From a candidate division SR1 bacterium (lineage in GTDB: Bacteria > Patescibacteriota > Gracilibacteria > Absconditabacterales > Absconditicoccaceae), in assembly GCA_007115995.1 (NCBI GenBank), contig SKJI01000007.1, positions 8,989 to 72,988 of the forward strand: 64,000 bases of DNA, in the 5' to 3' direction. A program made the translations under genes and the position numbers. Under the pieces are notes generated by a model. That model saw only the letters and a list, made by a program, of their open reading frames with translations. It was not told where the DNA came from and made no database searches. Positions 62,478 to 64,000 of this stretch are shown here, piece after piece (the first letter of the stretch is position 1; the number at the start of each line of letters is the position of its first letter).

Positions 62478-64000
62478 ATGACTTTTTCTAAAAAATACTC
62501 TCCTTCATTTGAATCAGATATATATACATATCGAGAGCAGCATGGTGTATTTAAGCCTAAAGCATCGAAATGATGAGAAAGGTTTGTTACATTATTACCA
62601 CCTCCAAATGTTACGGGAAATTTACATCTTGGACATAGTATAATGTGTGCTATTCAAGATGTTATGGTGAGATATAATCGTATGAATCAAAAGGAAACAG
62701 TATGGATACCTGGAACTGATCACGCATCGATCTCCACACAGGTTGTTGTCGAAAAAATGTTAAGAGAGCAAGGTATACACAAAGAAGACCTTGGCAGAGA
62801 GAAATTTCTTGCAAAAGTTTGGGAACGAGTAACACAAACAAGATCAACTATCGTATCACAAATCAGATCAATGTGAGCATCAATTGATCGAGAGAGAGAA
62901 CAGTTTACAATGTCTGAAGCACTTTCACGTGGTGTGAGACATGCCTTCAAAAAACTATATGATCAATGAACAATTTATAAGTGAGACTATATGGTCAATC
63001 GATCTCCTGGTGCACAAACAGTCTTATCTGATCTTGAAGTTGAAAATAAAGAAATAAAAACAAAAATGTATTTTATAAGATATTTTTTACAATGAAAAGG
63101 AGATGCAATTACAGTTGCTACAATTCGTCCAGAAACTATTTTTGCTGATGTTGCTCTAGCAGTTCATCCCAAAGACAGAAGGTACAAAAAATACATTGGT
63201 AAAAATGTACTTATTCCTATTATCAATAGACCAATTCCAGTTATTCCAGATGAAAATGTACAGATAGAATTTGGAACGTGAGCGCTCAAAATTACTCCAA
63301 CGCATTCTGAAATCGATTATGATATCGCTAAAGTACATGAACTTCCTATGAATATTTATGCGTTTGATAAAAATAATATATATACTGATCAGGCATGAGA
63401 AGATTTTGCCTGAAAAAATGTTTATGAGTTTATGGAAAATCTTGTGTATCATTTACAAGAAATTTGAAATATAGAAAAGATAGAAGATTATGAAACCACT
63501 ATACCAGTTTGTGAAAGAACTTGAGTAACCGTACAACCATTACTTTCAAAACAGTGGTTTATGGGTGTAAAGAGATCTGCAGAAGTTGTTTATAATGCTT
63601 TTGAAAACGAACAAGTAGCAGTACATCCACCAAAATTCCAAAAAACATTTCTAAACTGGCTTGAAGATATTAGACCATGGTGCATTTCTAGACAGCTCTG
63701 GTGGTGACATAGAATACCTGTCCGATATACTGATAATTGAGAAAAACTTTGTTTTGATGAGACAAATGTATTGCAGCATAATACTTGAATCTATCAAATT
63801 TTATCAATGATTATTTTTAATTGTATAGCTGATAGTCGTTTAACGAATCCATTCTCATTGGAATCGTTACTAGACTTACTTACTCAAACAAGTATTGTTG
63901 AGGCAAACGGTCGTGTGATTGATGTGTATTGTGCGATTTATAAAGAAAAATACAAAGATGACCCTATTTTACTTAATGAAATTACTCTCTTGGAGTCGTT
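62478..64000 (+). CDS. valS: Valyl-tRNA synthetase, 5' part (runs off the window)
   Basis: [35 protein letters not shown][CGA], SID[CGA]ERE, MVN[CGA][33 protein letters not shown](G)HRIPV[CGA]Y. Confidence 0.92.

Overview
This is an AT-rich, gene-dense chromosomal window with about 58 gene models. I recognised no rRNA, tRNA, CRISPR array or IS element. It cannot be read with the standard bacterial code. Nearly every recognisable gene appears in the ORF track as several same-frame fragments separated only by TGA, and those TGAs fall on invariant glycines (FtsZ, RsmH, GyrB, P-loops). This matches NCBI translation table 25 (SR1/Absconditabacteria and Gracilibacteria, UGA=Gly). TAA and TAG end all models. 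In addition, CGA codons (and the few CGG codons) fall repeatedly on universally conserved tryptophans in ValRS, IleRS, MetRS, UDG, SufB, Dus, a photolyase and an amidase. This indicates a second reassignment, CGA/CGG to Trp, while AGA and CGT carry arginine. All calls below were made by hand-translating with TGA=Gly. Content: housekeeping genes (rsmH, dus, gyrB, ruvA, ung, rsmE, ileS, atpG, atpC, sufC, sufB, dnaN, ftsA, ftsZ, tsaC, pyrG, trxA, metG, valS) interspersed with cell-envelope and surface proteins and many hypotheticals. Most unusual items: (1) the double codon reassignment; (2) a 1338-aa IleRS with a Nudix domain and two histidine-phosphatase-like domains inserted in frame; (3) an ATP-grasp ligase fused to a DUF1704/QEGLA-type metallopeptidase-like domain, followed by a second DUF1704 paralog; (4) two large VirD4/TraD-like coupling-ATPase paralogs, one ending in an S1 RNA-binding domain; (5) a stand-alone DnaE PHP-domain fragment; (6) two families of conserved intergenic repeats, one about 156 nt with nested long-range inverted repeats; (7) a csoR-DUF4395 pair with an internally duplicated Cys motif. 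Coordinates were derived by manual frame tracking. Stop positions are reliable, and start codons are the nearest plausible ATG/GTG/TTG.
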